From Isurus oxyrinchus (lineage: Eukaryota), in assembly GCA_026770705.1 (NCBI GenBank), contig JANJGN010000026.1, positions 36,022,001 to 36,086,000 of the forward strand: a stretch of DNA of 64,000 nt, given 5' to 3'. The notes beneath the pieces were generated by a model that made no database searches, was not told the DNA's origin, and saw only the letters and a program-made list of their open reading frames with translations. Below are positions 21,904 to 35,730 of this stretch, one piece after another. Numbering within the stretch: the first letter of the stretch is position 1; each line of letters starts with the position of its first letter. Position numbers and translations under genes: made by a program.

Positions 21904-24418
21904 TTAACGTGGGGGCGTTTTGCCGTGATTTAACTGCTTAAAACAACCAGTGACCGTGGTGAAGGGACTCATCAGCACCTTCTTCATCTCTTCTCGGAAC
22001 TTGCTCTGGGCCACCGCATAGATAAAGACGTTGTTGCACGAACTGACAAACTGGTGCATGTTGACTGTCTCCTGAAGGATGTAATCTGATTCATTGAAGT
22101 CCAGACTGGTGAGATAGCTCTCGCCTGTGATCCGCACGTAGAGGAAGTGTCCGAGATAGATGGCCCACAGGAGGAGGAAGCTGAGCGAGATGGTGAAAAG
22201 CAGGACAATGGACTCTTGCAATTGACCATCTCCTGGTCTCCCTGAATCTCGGCGTCCCGGAGCCTCCTGCGGGCTCTGCTGGCCGCTAAGATGTACCTTA
22301 TGGTCAGGGCGTTGAGCAGTGGAATGAGGAAGAAAGGGAGAAAGGTGGTTAAGAAGTGGTCCGGCCACTCGAAGGCCTGCCAGAGGAGCGAGGTGTAATA
22401 GATGGGCTTCATGCTGCAGAACCATGGCGCCCCATCTAGAATATACAAAGGCTGGTAGTTGAGGTAAAAAGGGACGTTCCTGGCGCAGCTCAGGGCACAG
22501 ACCAGTCCTATAACCAGCAACGCAGTTTTCTCAGTGCAGTATCTGGTCTTCCGGCTCTGACAGCAGATGGCCACGAAACGGTCGATGGTGAAGGCAACCG
22601 TCAGCCAGACTGACACATGCCGCGTGACACAGACCAGTACATTGCTGAGTGCGCATGCGGGAGTGGTGGACAGGACACTGCCCTGAAAGTAGATGCAGCC
22701 GATCCGGTTGAGAATAACGGCGGTGATGATGACCAGGGAATCGCTTATTTCTACCACCACCAGATAGCATGTGATACACCGGGAGAGTCCGCACCTTCCT
22801 CAGGATAAGATTATGATCTCCAGCAGGTTGGCTGTGAGAAATCAGGAGAGAGAGATGTTACTGAGCGGACTCAAATCACTACCTCCTGGCTCATGCAAAC
22901 AGTTACTGAATGCTCCCTCTTCTGCAACTCTGCCATCTCCAGATTCCAGCTGTTCCAAAGCCTTTGGTCAGTGTTCGGTATCCAATGCTGCACCAAACAG
23001 TCGTCAATGCAGACGGCATTTCAATCGGTTCTCGCCACAAACTCTGCTCTCTGGCCAGTGAGTCATCCCAAGGCCTCGCTATAAAACTTAAGATCATCCG
23101 AAACATGTACTGCCGATGGTCATAGTCAAAGCAATACCCGTGCTCCCATTAAGCCTATGCTCACTGACATAGATTAGGTCTCTGACGGCAACATCGTGCT
23201 TTTATTAATCGTTCCCTTCCTGTTTTGAAATCCCTCCGCTTCCTCGCCTCTTTTAATCCCGCCAGCTACAACTATCTGAGACATCAGCGTACGTCTGCTC
23301 TCTTTTGTATCTCTGAAATTCACTGCTCCATGAGCAGCGGTTATGCCTGGAGATTCTGAGGCCCTCATCTCTTTAATTCCCGTCTGCAGCGGCTCCGCAT
23401 CTCATTCCTTCTTTAGGAAGTTTCTTATAACCAAAATATTTGATCAAAATTTGGGTTAAGTATCTCTTCCTGGTGTTCAGTAGTAAATGTATTAGTTCAG
23501 GCTCCTGTGAAGCATCCCCACCATACGCACTGCAGTGACTGAAGAAACAAACGCAGCTCCACCTTTCAAGTGAGAAATAAAGATGAGCGATAAACTTTGA
23601 CCTTGCCAGTTACACCCACACACCGCGGATGATTAAAAAATATTATTATTCAAAATGTGCAAAACCAGCCAGCACAAAACAAAATACATAATAGATTTGC
23701 AATTTCGGATCTCCACGAACGTCTTTCAAGCGCTTCTATAATTAATTGCTGAGACTACATTAAGAATCGGGACTGTCCAGTGGGAACTTGCTGTACAATA
23801 GCTATTACATCCTTTCACAGGTCAAAAAGTGCATTAGTGTAATTACTGAATGTACCTTTATATTGCAATTCATCTAATATAATGGTTTCGTTGTAATAAT
23901 TAGTTTCCTGGTGCTGTAATACAATCTGTGCACGAAAATGCATGCTACAACACTACAATATGCTATTATTCCGCACATTACTTAAAACTCTGGATTGTAA
24001 CTGACTATACTAAAAGAAAATCCAGTGTTCAACAATATAACAATATGCAGAGCCATACATTATAGTTCATATTACAGGAATCCAGTAAACGGCACTCCTA
24101 TAAATGTGCAGCATAATCAATTAAATAATACATTGTAATGCTGCACACTTCACCATAACCCAGTGTAATCGCATATAAGGCAGATATATATGCACACACA
24201 AACACATATATGTAGGAACCCTGTTGAAGCCCTTTACACGCCGATAACACTGAAAGTAGAAAAAATCATCCCGATCATGGAATGGGACAGACAAACTTTC
24301 TGGAGATTTACAAAAAACGTAAATAACTTATCTGGGCCCATCACTTACCAGGGGCGCCAATAAGAGGGAGAATGGGATAGCAAATGGCAAAGAAGAGGCC
24401 TTTTGCTGGTCCATACAT
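21904..24418 (-). pseudogene. GPR139/GPR142-like class A GPCR pseudogene, two exons (24418-24349; 22831-21904)
   Basis: Exon 1 MYGPAKGLFFAICYPILPLIGAP|gtaagt. Exon 2 ANLLEIIILS*GRCGLSRCIT..SVWLTVAFTIDRFVAICCQ..RYCTEKTA..LNALTIRYILAASRARRRL..SIVLLFTIS..SSCNNVFIYAVAQSKFREE. TGA at 22802-22800 and a frameshift near 22215. Confidence 0.88.
23170..23520 (+). mobile_element. L2-like LINE 3' end, degenerate
   Basis: ttgaaatccctcc..ctctggaattc-like..gctcctgtgaagcatc tail similar to 34360-34860. Confidence 0.5.
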
Positions 24419-25229
24419 CGTCTCTCAGAAAAGCAGGGGATTCTCAATGCTATGTACTTTAGTTCTGTGATGCATTCAAAGAGTCCTTCATTTATTTCGA
24501 ATTAGAATCTCCAGAGGGACAATTAAGTTCTAACATGCATCTTAGTTACAGTTCAGTAAACAAACAGACTAACTCATAATTTCATGCTTCCCATTTCCAA
24601 CATTGGCAACGTGGATCGTTCCATTATACACTTGGGTCAACTGCTGGCTGCAAATTCTGCTGTTGCCCCCTCTCCACAAACCATGCACCTACCACAAGTT
24701 GAGCTGCTGATCAAAGATACAGACCTGGGTTTCTATCTCTAGCTAAAAAATGTTTCTTCCCATGTCTGCCACATTCGCAATTATGTTGTGCTTTTAGGTG
24801 GCAGATTATTTGGCAACGTTCTAATTGAGATCGGGAAGTCAATTCGACTAAGGAGTTGCAGACATTTAAGGAGCAGGGGAAGTCTTGCTGCATTTGTTCA
24901 TGGACTGCTTCAGTACCTGAGGGGTCGCAAATGCTGCTTGAGGCAATGGAAACTGAAAGAGCAATGGGCCCGGATAATATTCTGGCAATAGTACAGAGGA
25001 TTTGTGCTCCAGAAATTGCTACGCTCTCAGCTAAGCTGTTCCAGTGCCGCGACAACACTGACATCTACAGGGCGATATGGAAAATTGCCCTGTATGCAAA
25101 AAACATTCGGCCGTATGCCTGGGCCCTCACTTCCCTCAGTATCGTCCTCAATTACTTGCTTACATTTTCAGGTCCCAACATTTCCAGTTGAGGCTATATT
25201 GCTACTGTTTGTGTAACACGTCATAATGG

Positions 25230-25930
25230 AAAGAGAGTAGGGTTTACTTTGGAATGAAATCAGGGATGTGGGGAGAGCGGGGAACAAGGGAATACGTTCA
25301 GGATGGATGTAGATCTATGAATAGAGAACGGGGCGGTGGCAACAGTTTTCAATTAATGCAAAACAATATGGGATTATTTTGCTGATTGTGTGGGATTAAC
25401 ATCGGGTTATGGGGAGTAAATGGCGAGTAGTATTAGTTTGGGATTCAGACAAGTCTGTGCAGAAAGTGGGGAGAAATTTAGTAACTTTGCATTAATCAAA
25501 GGTTATCGGGAGTTATGCATTAATGCAATTTGTTTTAGATGATTATAGGTCTACAGGGAGAGAGAGTTGGCATGGCATCATTTTGACAACAGAATATGCA
25601 AAACGGTGACTATTGAGATTAATTTGGGATTGAAACAGGTCCATGAGGAGAGAGCATATTGGTGGGATTAATTAGGATTAATGCCGGCCTCTATGGAGAG
25701 AGCGGGGCAGTGTGGTTAACTTGAGATTGATACAGAGCCATGGGCGCAGCAAGAATGGGTGGGATTAGTTTAGAATTAACAGAGGACGGTGGGGAGAGAG
25801 CGGGGCAGTGGGGTTAGATTGGCATTGATACATGATCATGGGGAAAGCAACGCAGTCAGATCAGTCTGCGATTGATATCATGGTACAAGATTTAGCAGGG
25901 TGTGAGATTACTTGGTGTTGACATAAGGAA
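25230..25930 (+). repeat. Degenerate ~49-bp purine-rich minisatellite (ggggagagagcggggcagtgggattagtttgggattgataca)
   Basis: Recurrent ggagagagcggggcagtg and gggattagttt units. Confidence 0.7.
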
Positions 25931-26309
25931 AAGAACTATAGGGTCACACATCTGGGCAATGCGGAAACAGGTTTAAATGACCGAAGCGAATGGCTTCGGT
26001 ATCTGCCATTTACCTACCATTTATTATTGGGTGAGATCACAATTTCTTTATGTAGACACTTGCATATGCTCAAGGAGGGGCACAATGTCAACACAGATGT
26101 CAATTCTCGTTGTTCCTTGCTTTTGCTAGCCTATTGGAGTTTGCTACGAAATCCTGTTTGCATCGATGAATTATGCAGTTGTAATGTCAGCAGCTAATAA
26201 GATCTGTGTGTTTATGTTAAACAAGACGATCCTTTTCAGTTTTATACGTGTTTTTTTTAAACGACCGTGCTCTCACAAACAAATAACAACCTATTCCTCA
26301 TCTCAGAAT

Positions 26310-27295
26310 AATAGCAACTTGCATTTAGCTAACGTATCTCACGCAATAATATCTCCAAAGGCGCTTCTCAGGAGCGAAGATAAAGCACAATTTGACACCA
26401 AACCATATCAGGAGATATCAAGAAAGATGACCAAAAATTTAATTAGTGAATTGTAAACAATGTCGAAAAGGAAGAGAAGAGAGGTCGGGAGATGGAGAGG
26501 TTTAGAAAGGGATTATCAGTGTTTAGAGCCTAGGCAGCTGATAACCCCACCGCGCAACTTATAGTGATTAATGAAGGGATGTGTCAGAGGCTGCAGTTGG
26601 TCAAGTGCAGTTATCAGCAACCTGTGATCTGAGGAGTTATCATAGGTAAATATTGGCGAGGCCTCGTAAGGAATGGGAAACAACGACAGGAATTATAAAT
26701 TTGAGTTCTTAATTTAGAATAGCAAAAACAGAGGTGGTGGATCAACAAGATTGAATTGCGTTTTTGGATATGACTAGCAGAGTTTTGGATAAAGTCAAAC
26801 CAAGAGTGCAACCAAGAAAGAATTTTAATAATCACGTCTAGCAGCAACAAAAGCCTCGATGAGGCTTTCATCAACTGGTCAGCTCAGGCAGCAGCAGAGT
26901 TGAGAAATATACAGAATATGAACGTCTACCTTCTTGGGTTTGGCGTGGATATGTAATTGGGAGCTGATATCAAGGCTTATCTGACGTCAAGGTTCTGAAC
27001 GGCCTGGTTCAGCCTCAGAAGGTAGGCAAGGGGAGGATGGTGTTGGTGCTTAATAAATGGAGTTTGTGCTGAGGACTGACGACAATGGGTTGGGTTTTCC
27101 CAATATCAAGCTGGAGATACTCCGGCCTTTCCAATACTGGGGGTCACAAAATGATATCCGGCAGTTTAGAGACAGTGGAGAGGCCGCGAGAGATAGTGGT
27201 GAGTCAAAAAACAAAAATACCAGCATGAACCTGATGTTGCTTTCCCAGGTGATGTCGCTGAGGGGCATAATGTACATGAGAAATAGCAGATAGCC
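26310..27295 (-). mobile_element. L2-like LINE fragment
   Basis: Reverse-strand L2-type tail (acttgcatttagct..aaaggcgcttc) and decayed RT (LFLMYIMPLSDI). Confidence 0.6.
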
Positions 27296-27311
27296 AGGCT
27301 TACAAATACAT

Positions 27312-27509
27312 AACAAAAACAGAATTACCTGGAAAAACTCAGCAGATCTGGCAGCATCAGCGGAGAAGAAAAGAGTTGACGATTCGAGTCCTCATGACCC
27401 TTCGACAGAACTTGAGTTCGAGTCCAAGAAAGAGTTGAAATATAAGTTGGTTTAAGGTTTGTGTGTCGGGGGAGGCGTGGGGGGGGGGGGGGGCGGGGTG
27501 GTGGAGGGA

Positions 27510-27547
<38 letters not shown>

Positions 27548-27549
27548 AG
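27312..27549 (-). mobile_element. Penelope-type terminal-repeat fragment with variant hammerhead motif (27374-27411)
   Basis: cagaattacctggaaaaactcagcag..gattcgagtcctcatgacccttcgacagaac, flanked by TACAAAT(A/C)CAT at 27301-27311 and 27550-27560. Confidence 0.65.
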
Positions 27550-28539
27550 TACAAATCCATGTTTAGTATTGTCAAAACTGCAAAAAAAAAAGAAACCAAA
27601 GGTTTAGCGCAATAATCTGACTTTATTCACTCAGCATCCTAAACGTGGACCTTTCCTGTCCCTATCGATCAATCATCCAAGAAACAAGTATAAAAGCAGG
27701 CAGGGCGAGGAGATGCCCCATTTGAAACGATAGAATATTTCCTCAATGACCAAACTCGCAGAAAGTCACTCGTTATTCTATCTCAGGTAATAGCTTATTT
27801 TAACCCCTGAGCACACAGGCCCAGTATTTGTAACGCCCATGATATGACTTTTCTAAGCATGCCCCTAACATAAAGTAGCATTGCAATTGTTAACTTAATC
27901 ATGACTGAATGATAAAGGAAGGGAGAAATGACAAGGTAGCCATGAGAAGATGTTCACAAGCCATGAACAGAGCCCCCAAATAGACTAAACCCAGCTAATT
28001 ACGTGCTAATAATAACATGAGAAAATTGTGTGAGACAAGATCCAAATGAATAAATTTAAATTGGAGACTATTATTTTATATGCTCCTGGTGTATTTCTCC
28101 CCTGGCTCGACAATCCCGTTCTACATGGAGACTACAATCGACTCACTGCGTGAAACTCCAGCTGACCTGTATTGGCAAGAGAATAAAATAAAAACGATAT
28201 TGCTTGCATCAGGCACTCAAAGGCAATTCGTGTCCCACAGTACCAGAATCCCATTGCGATAGACTTACAAATCCTATTTGATGTTTTATTTAGGATGGCA
28301 CACTCTCAGTATGTTACTAGGATTGTAAACCACCTGGCAGGCTGGATTTATAGACCTCACCTTGCTTTCGACTTCGTTCCATTTGTCCTTTCTCACCCAA
28401 CATTATGGTACATCAGCGGCATACGTTAGCTTATGTAATACGGTACAATCACTGACAATTATATTTGCTATTAATTGACACCAATAATTTTGGCTTTGAA
28501 TAATTTTTCCTACTAATCAACATTTAAAGAGTAGGGCTA

Positions 28540-31500
28540 CAAGAGTAATTAATTAACAAATTGAATAAAATAGGATAGCGATGGCAGGGCTGTAGAGAGG
28601 GCTTTAAACTAAATAAAGTTGGAGGAGAGGGTGCGGAGCGTTCTAGAGAGGAGATAAATGGGCTGACAAAGCAAAATGGTATGGCGGCATTGCAGGGCAG
28701 CTACTTAGGAAATGATACCCAGAGTGTGATTGGTAGGTACAGAGTGTACAAACATTTTTTTAAAAAGCAGCAAATAGGGTCTAAGAGGGAAAAATGGTTT
28801 AAAAAAGTCACAATCAATGGTTCTTACTTAAACACACCTAGTATTTTGAACAAAATAAATGAATTAACGGCGCATATAGATGTTAATGGGCATTATCTTA
28901 TAGTCATTACTGAGACATGGTTTCAAGGAGATCAGCACTGGGAACGAAAGGTTTAGGGGAATGCGGCTTTTCGAATGGATGGGCAGGTAGAAAGGGTGGT
29001 GGGCAGTTTTGTTAGTACAAGATGGAATAAGTACGATAGCAAGGAATGATCTTGATCGGAAGATGTGGAATCCATATGGGTGGAGGTAAGAAATAACAAG
29101 ACACTGGTAGGAGTAGTCCATAGGCCCCCTAATAGTAACTATGCTGTTGGACAGAGAATGAGTCAGGGAATAATGAGGGCATGTAAAAAAGGCAGTGTAT
29201 TAGTCATGAGTGACTTGAATCTCCATGTCGATTGGGAAAATCAAATTAGCAGAGGTAGCCACGAGGAATAATTCATAAAGTGTATTCGGGACAGTTTCCT
29301 GGAATAATATTTTTAGGATCCAACCAGGGATCAGACTCCGTTGCATCGGGTAATGTGTCATAAGGCAGGTTTAATAAATGATCTCAAAGTAAAAGATCCC
29401 CGAGGAAACAGTGAACATAACATGGTGGAATTTAGCATTCAGTTTGAGAATGAGAAACTTAGTTTGGAAACACCTGTGCTAATCATAAATAAGGGTAATT
29501 ACAAAGAAATTGGGGCAGAGTTGGCTGTAGTAGGCTGGGAAAGGAGTTTAGCAGAAAAGATGGTTGATGAACAATGGCAGACGTTTAAAGATATAATACA
29601 TGACTCACAACAACGATATATCACAGCGAGGAACAAGGATTGTAGCAAGGGGATAAACCAACCATGGTTAACCAAGAAAGTTAAAGACTATACCAAAGTG
29701 AAAGAAAAACATGCAATGAGGTGAACATTATGGTAAGCCAGAGGATTGGCAAAGTTGTAAAAACCAACATAAAATTACTGAAAAAAATAGAGAGGGAGAA
29801 AATAAAATTTGAGGGCAAACTAGCAAGTAGTATAAAAACGGACAGTAAGAACATCTTTAAATATATAAAAAGGCCAAAGTCAATATAGGCCCCTTAAAGA
29901 ATGAGGCTCGGAAAATATTAATGGGGAACCAAGAAATGGCAGAGGAGTTGAATAAATGCTTTGCGTCAGCTTCTCGTTTGGAATCACTAATAGCATACCA
30001 GAAATATTAAATAATCATGAGGAAATATGGGGAGGAAATAAATACAATAACTGTCACTGGAGAGAAAGTGCTGGGGAAAATAATCGGGCTAAAGCCTGAT
30101 GGACTGAATCACAGGATATTAAAGGAAACAACTGCAGAGGTAATGGATGCACTGGTATTAATATCCCAAGAGCCCTTAGATTCTGGAAAAATCCAAGAGG
30201 ATTGGAAAATTGAAAATGTAACACCCTTCAAAAAGGGAGCGAGACAAAAAACAGGTAACTATCGGCCAGTTAGCTTAACATCTGTCATTGGGAAAATGTT
30301 GGAGTCTCTTATAAAGAATGTAATAGCAGAGCATTTAGAAATGCATAATCTAATCAAGCAGAATAAGCATGGCTTCATGAAGGGGAAATGATGTCTGATA
30401 TGTTTAGTAGAATTCTTTGAGGTGGTAACAAGCAAGATAGATAAAGGGAAACCTGTAGATGTAATATGTTTGGATTTCCAAAAGGCGTTCGATAAGGTAG
30501 CACATATAAGGCTGCTTAATAAGATAAGAGCCCATGGTGTTCATGGTAGCGTATTAGCATGGATAGAGGACAGGCTAACTAATTGAAGACAGAGAGTTGG
30601 GATACAGGAGCCATTTTCAGGATGGCAAACTTTAACTAGTGGAGTGCCACAGGGATCAGTCCTGGTGCCACAATTATTTACAATATATATTAATGACTTG
30701 GATGAGGGAAGTGGATATACTATTGCCAAGTTTGCACATGGCACAAAAATAGTTCGGAAGGCAAGAGGTGAGGATGACACAAAGAGTCTACAGAGGGATA
30801 TAAGCAGATTAAGTGAATGGGCAAAAACGTGGCAGATGGAATATAATGTGGGAAAATGTGAGGCTATGCACTTTGGCAGGAAGAATAGCGGAACCGATTA
30901 TTATTTAAATGGGGAAAGACTGAAGAAAGCTCCAGTGCAGAGGGATTCGGGTGTCCTCCTGCATGAGTTCCAAAAAGCGAGAAGTGTTCAGCAGGTAACA
31001 GGGAAGGCAAATGGAATGTCGGCCTTTATTTCAAAGGGAATGGAATATAAAAATGGTGAAGTCTTGCTAAAACTGTACATGGCATTCCTTAGATCACACT
31101 TAGAAAGCAGTGAACAATTTTGGTCTCCTTTTCTAAGGAAAGATATACTGACATTTGAGGCAGTCCAGAGAAGGTTCACTGGGTTGAGCCAGGGGATGGA
31201 GAGATTTTCTTATGAGGAGGGGTTGAGTGTACTCACTGGCGTTTAGAAGAATGAGAGGCGACCTTATTGAAACATCTAACATCCTTTGCAGGGGCTTGAC
31301 AGGGTAGTTGCCGAGAGGGTATTCCCCTTGTGGGAGAGACTAGGGCCAGAGGGCATCATCTCAGAGTAAGGGGACGCCTACTTAAAACAGAGATGAGGAG
31401 AAACATCTTCTCTCAAAGGGCAGTGAATCTGTAGGATTCTTTGCCACAGTGGGCTGTAGAGGCTGGGCCGTTAAGTAAATTCAAGGCTGAGATAGACAGA

Positions 31501-31642
31501 TTTTTAATCAGTAAGGGAATCAAGGGTTATGGGAAAAGGCAGGAAAGTGGAGTTCAGGGTTATCAGATCATCCACGATATCATTGAGTGGCGGAACAGAC
31601 GCGATGGGCCGAATGGCCTACTTCTGTTCCTATGTTATATGG
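28540..31642 (+). mobile_element. CR1 LINE, near-complete disrupted ORF2 (APE endonuclease + RT) and 3' UTR
   Basis: LIVITETW, ESIWVEV, NYRPVSLTS, PQGSVL, FAHGTK (decayed FADDTK), WQMEYNVGKC and CR1 tail; many stops and frameshifts. Confidence 0.93.
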
Positions 31643-32379
31643 TGTTATTAATCTTGCATTTGTTATTTCAAAGCAGTAATTGAACCACATGAAGCTTTGT
31701 ATACTCAACAACATTTACAACGCTGGAAAGTTGTTGTGAGGCTGATGAGCTTATGGCAGTTACAAGTTCTTTAAAGCCCTGGATTTTAGTTTTGCCAGAT
31801 TCTCCTCGGCTGCTGTTATCGTAAGAAAGCAGGGTGACGTCACATAAATTCCACAATTATTATTCTCCCAATAATGAGCCTGGAACACCAAATGCTGGGT
31901 GGCTATTTTGCTTTGTGCTCTCTGTGGGTGCAGATAGTTAGCTAGCTAGATGGAGAAATTCAGAGCATGATTTAAATATTAGTAGGTAACGAGATAAATC
32001 GATACATCAACAGATACAAAGAAAGGTAGCAAGTAACTAGTAGTGGGTGGAGTTACATAGAGAGTTAATAAAAACGCTAGAGGGTCTGCAGGGAGACAGA
32101 GAGAACAATATACAAACAGGTCGATAACTAAAACGAGAATAACAATATGAGCATTTAGGAATGATAGATACATGTCAAAATACTACTAACAGAAAATATT
32201 TGTCAATGACTGCACAACGCACAAGATGAAGATGCTTTAATTTGTACAGCATCCCCTCAGTTGAAAATTTTGGTCCAAATTAAAGTTAGTCAGGATGTAA
32301 CAACTGTTGAATAATGTGGGAAAAATATAAAGATATATTATCCAATGTCAGTTCAGACTTACTGTGAGATTCAGTTCTC

Positions 32380-33328
32380 TTACACAATTGGGAAATTTGC
32401 AGATGACACAAATATTGGCCGAGTAGTGGATAATATAGAGGATAGCCAAAATCTCCAAAGACAATATAGATGGGTTGGTGGAGTGGGCGGTAAAGTGGCA
32501 GATGGATCTTTACATAAAGAAGTGTGATGCCATACATTTATGGATGTCAAACAGTTACAAGGATTACACAATAAATGGGAATATAGTAAGAGTGGTAGAT
32601 GAAGTGAGAGACCTTGGCATACAAGTGCACAGGTCCCTGAAGGCAGCAGTTCAAGTAGACAAGGCTGTAAAGAAAGCATATGGAATGCTCTCCTTCATTG
32701 GCAGAGGTATAGAATATAAAAGTATGCATATAATGTTGGAATTGTATAAAACACTGGTGAGGCCTCAACTGGAGTATTGTGTGCAGTTCTGGTCACCACA
32801 TTACAGGAAGGATGTAATCGCTCTGGAGAGAGTGCAGAGGAGGCTTACAAGAATGATGCCAGGGTTAGAAAAGAGTAGCTACGAGGAGAGATTGGATAGG
32901 TTAGGGTTATTTTCCTTAGAACAAAGCAGGCTGAGAGCTGACTTGATTGAGGTGTACAAAATGATGAGGGGAATAGATGGAGTGGACAGGATAAAATTGT
33001 TTCCCTTGGTGGAGAATTCTAGAACCAGGGGACATAGATTCAAGATAAGTGGCAGAAGGTGTAGGGGGGACATGAGGAAGAACGTTCTTATGCAGAGGGT
33101 AGTGGATGTCTGGAATTCGCTGACCAAGTTGGTGGTAGAGGCAGAAACTCTAAACTCTTTTAAAAAGTACCTGGATCTGCACCTTAAGTGCTGTAAGCTG
33201 CAAGGCTATAGGCCGGGTGCAAGAAGGTGGGATTAGAAAGGGCACCTGGGTGTCCTCGGGCTGGCATGGACAAGATGGGCAGTATGGTCTCCTTTTGACC
33301 CATAACTTTTCAATGGTTCTATGGTTCT
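32380..33328 (+). mobile_element. 5'-truncated CR1 LINE, relatively young
   Basis: KFADDT and a 253-aa open ORF2 C-terminus (32475-33236; LVRPQLEYCVQFWSPHYRKD), then tail ctatggttcta. Confidence 0.93.
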
Positions 33329-33519
33329 ACACGCTGATCCCATTTCATGTGGTGAGGTTTGGTGAAATGCGGTTTTTAAGCTGCAGATACATAATAGATT
33401 TCCCTGGTGCCAGAATCGGGATTTGCTGAAATTAGCGAGGAAGCGGAATGCCACAAAAAGGCGGATGTGATCAGAGTTTTTGTAGCAGTACTCAAAATTC
33501 TGTTAACATATTTCTTTGC

Positions 33520-33930
33520 GAGGGAGATACCTGTCTAAATTGTTTCTGCTAAGTCATCTCCCAAACAGAGATGTATGTGCATTGACTGGTGTCTCTCAGT
33601 TCCCACTCCCCCATGGAGATACTGTACACTGATTGGTGTCTCTCAGTTCCAGTTCCCCTGGGTGATATCTGTACAATGCCTGGTGTCTCTCAGTCCCGTC
33701 TCCCTCAGGGAGATATCTGTACACTGGCTGGTGTCTCTCAATTCCCACTCCCCCAGGGAGATACTGTACACTGACTGGTGTATCTCAGTTCCAGTTCCCC
33801 AGGGTAATACCTGCACAATGACTGGTGTCTCTCATGCCCCTCTTTGTCAGCGAGATATCTTTAAACTGACTGGTGTCTGTCCGAATATCTCACTCAGTGA
33901 GATATAGGAACACTGAGTGGCATCTCTCAT
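33520..33930 (+). repeat. ~47-48-bp minisatellite (gagatatctgtacactgactggtgtctctcagttcccactcccc), ~8 units
   Basis: tggtgt(c/a)t motif recurs at ~33587, 33634, 33681, 33729, 33776, 33823 and 33871. Confidence 0.88.
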
Positions 33931-34359
33931 GGTGAAATTCTGTTAAAACTCAACCTAGCATTTCTAGACTGATTAGGGTTCACCAAAACATTAATAGAAC
34001 CTCATTCATCCCCGGAGCCCATGCTCCGTTTTAACTTTATGCTTTCCTAATCCCCCCGTCCCTGCACTCTGTTTACCCTTACACAGTTTCTGTTCGCCAG
34101 TTCCTATTGTCTGCTCAACATCTCCTGTCTCTATGCATCCATCTTCGATTTCGACTTACCCATCCCTACTCTCTGTCACTGTTCGCGAAGTTTGCCCCAG
34201 TCAACCTGTCCATGCTCCTTCAAAAGCTGGAAATTACCCAACTCTTTTCCATCCACCCCCACTTGGCAGCATTTTCATTGCGATTTGGAGTGATTCTACC
34301 ATTACCCATGAACGATGCTGACATCTGGGAATGTCGACATGGACTTACAGATGAACCTG

Positions 34360-34860
34360 TTTCATCAGCAGCAATTGTGTTAACTTGCAGCAAATCCAAT
34401 ACTTCTATCACCCCTGTGTTCTCTGACCTACATTGGTTCAAGGTCAAACAACTGCTTGATTTTAAAATTCTCAGCGTTACTTTTAAATCCCTCCAAGTCC
34501 TTGTCACTTCCTATCTCTGCAATCACTTCCAAATCCGCAAGCCTTCGGGTTATCAGCTTTCCACTAATTTTGACCTCTTGTGCATCTACAAGTATAAATT
34601 GCTCCACCGTATGTCACCATGACATTATTTCCCTCGGCTCAGTGCCCTTGAATATCCTTCCTGCACTTCTCCATCTCCCTACCCCACTTTCCTCCTTTAA
34701 GGCCGTCCTTAAAACCGACCTCTTTGACCAAGCGTTTGGCCATCTGATCCTGTATTTCCGTAACACGTCTTGATGTCATATTTAGTTCTATCATGCTCCC
34801 GTGAAGCACCTTGGACCTTTTCATTACGTTAATTGCGCTATATAAACATATGTTGTTCAG
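34360..34860 (+). mobile_element. L2-like LINE 3' end
   Basis: ITPVFSDLHW..DFKIL..FKSL motif and tail gtgaagcaccttgg..gcgctatataaa. Confidence 0.75.
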
Positions 34861-35229
34861 GCTATTGTTTTTGCTGTTGTTGTGCATAGTCGTGTGCAAG
34901 TACAAGAGGAAAAGGAGAGTTTTCATGGACCCCCCATCTTCAAAGAGAAGCTGTTGGGATCAATGACGTTTTGTAGTGCCCCGGATGCGATTGGTGCATG
35001 TCTTCTATATGTCATGGACTCCTCGAGTTCCTGGCAACTCCCACAATGAATAGCATTCCTGGTGTGAATTGTAAAGAAGATACAATAATTCTCACAGCGT
35101 TATTGGAATTTATTCTAAAATAGAGTAATTGTGGGATGTGTCTGTGTGTCTATATGTAGTCGTTGTGTGTGATAGGGACACTTAATTCAATTGTAAGAAG
35201 AGATGTTAGCTTTGAAATGTTAATTAGGT

Positions 35230-35730
35230 AAACATGGCGAAACCCGACTGATTCCTGGGATGGCGGGACTGACATAAGAGGAGAGATTGAGTCCATTAGG
35301 ATTATACTCGCTGGAGTTTCGAAGAATGAGGAGTGGGGGGTGGGTGGTCTCATAGAAACCCATAAATTTCTAACAGGACTAGAAAGGGTAGATGCAGGAA
35401 GGATGTTCCCGGTGCTGGGGGAGTCCAGAACCAGGGGTCACAGTCTGAGGATATAGGGTAGACCATTTAGGACTGAGATGAGGAGAAATTTCTGAACCCA
35501 CAGAGTAGTGAGCTTGTGGACTTCATTACCACGGAAAGTAGTTGAGACCAAAACATTGTATGCTTTCATGAAGGAGTTAGATATAGCTCTTGGGGCGAAA
35601 GGGATCAAAGGGTAGGGAGAGAAAGTGGGAGCAGGCTATTGAGTTGGATGATCAGCCATGATCATAGTGAATGGCGGAGCAGGCTCGAAGGGCCGAATGT
35701 CCTACTCCTGTTCCTAGTTTCTATGATTCT
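35230..35730 (+). mobile_element. CR1 LINE 3' fragment
   Basis: ggagtccagaaccaggggtcacagtctgagg..gagcaggctcgaagggccgaatg..ctatgattct. Confidence 0.85.

Noticed and set aside
32475-33236. 253-aa ORF as a host gene
   Set aside because: It is the CR1 ORF2 C-terminus followed by the CR1 tail.
33520-33930. CRISPR-like periodic array
   Set aside because: Whole units are homologous with no unique spacers, and the context is vertebrate; it is a minisatellite.
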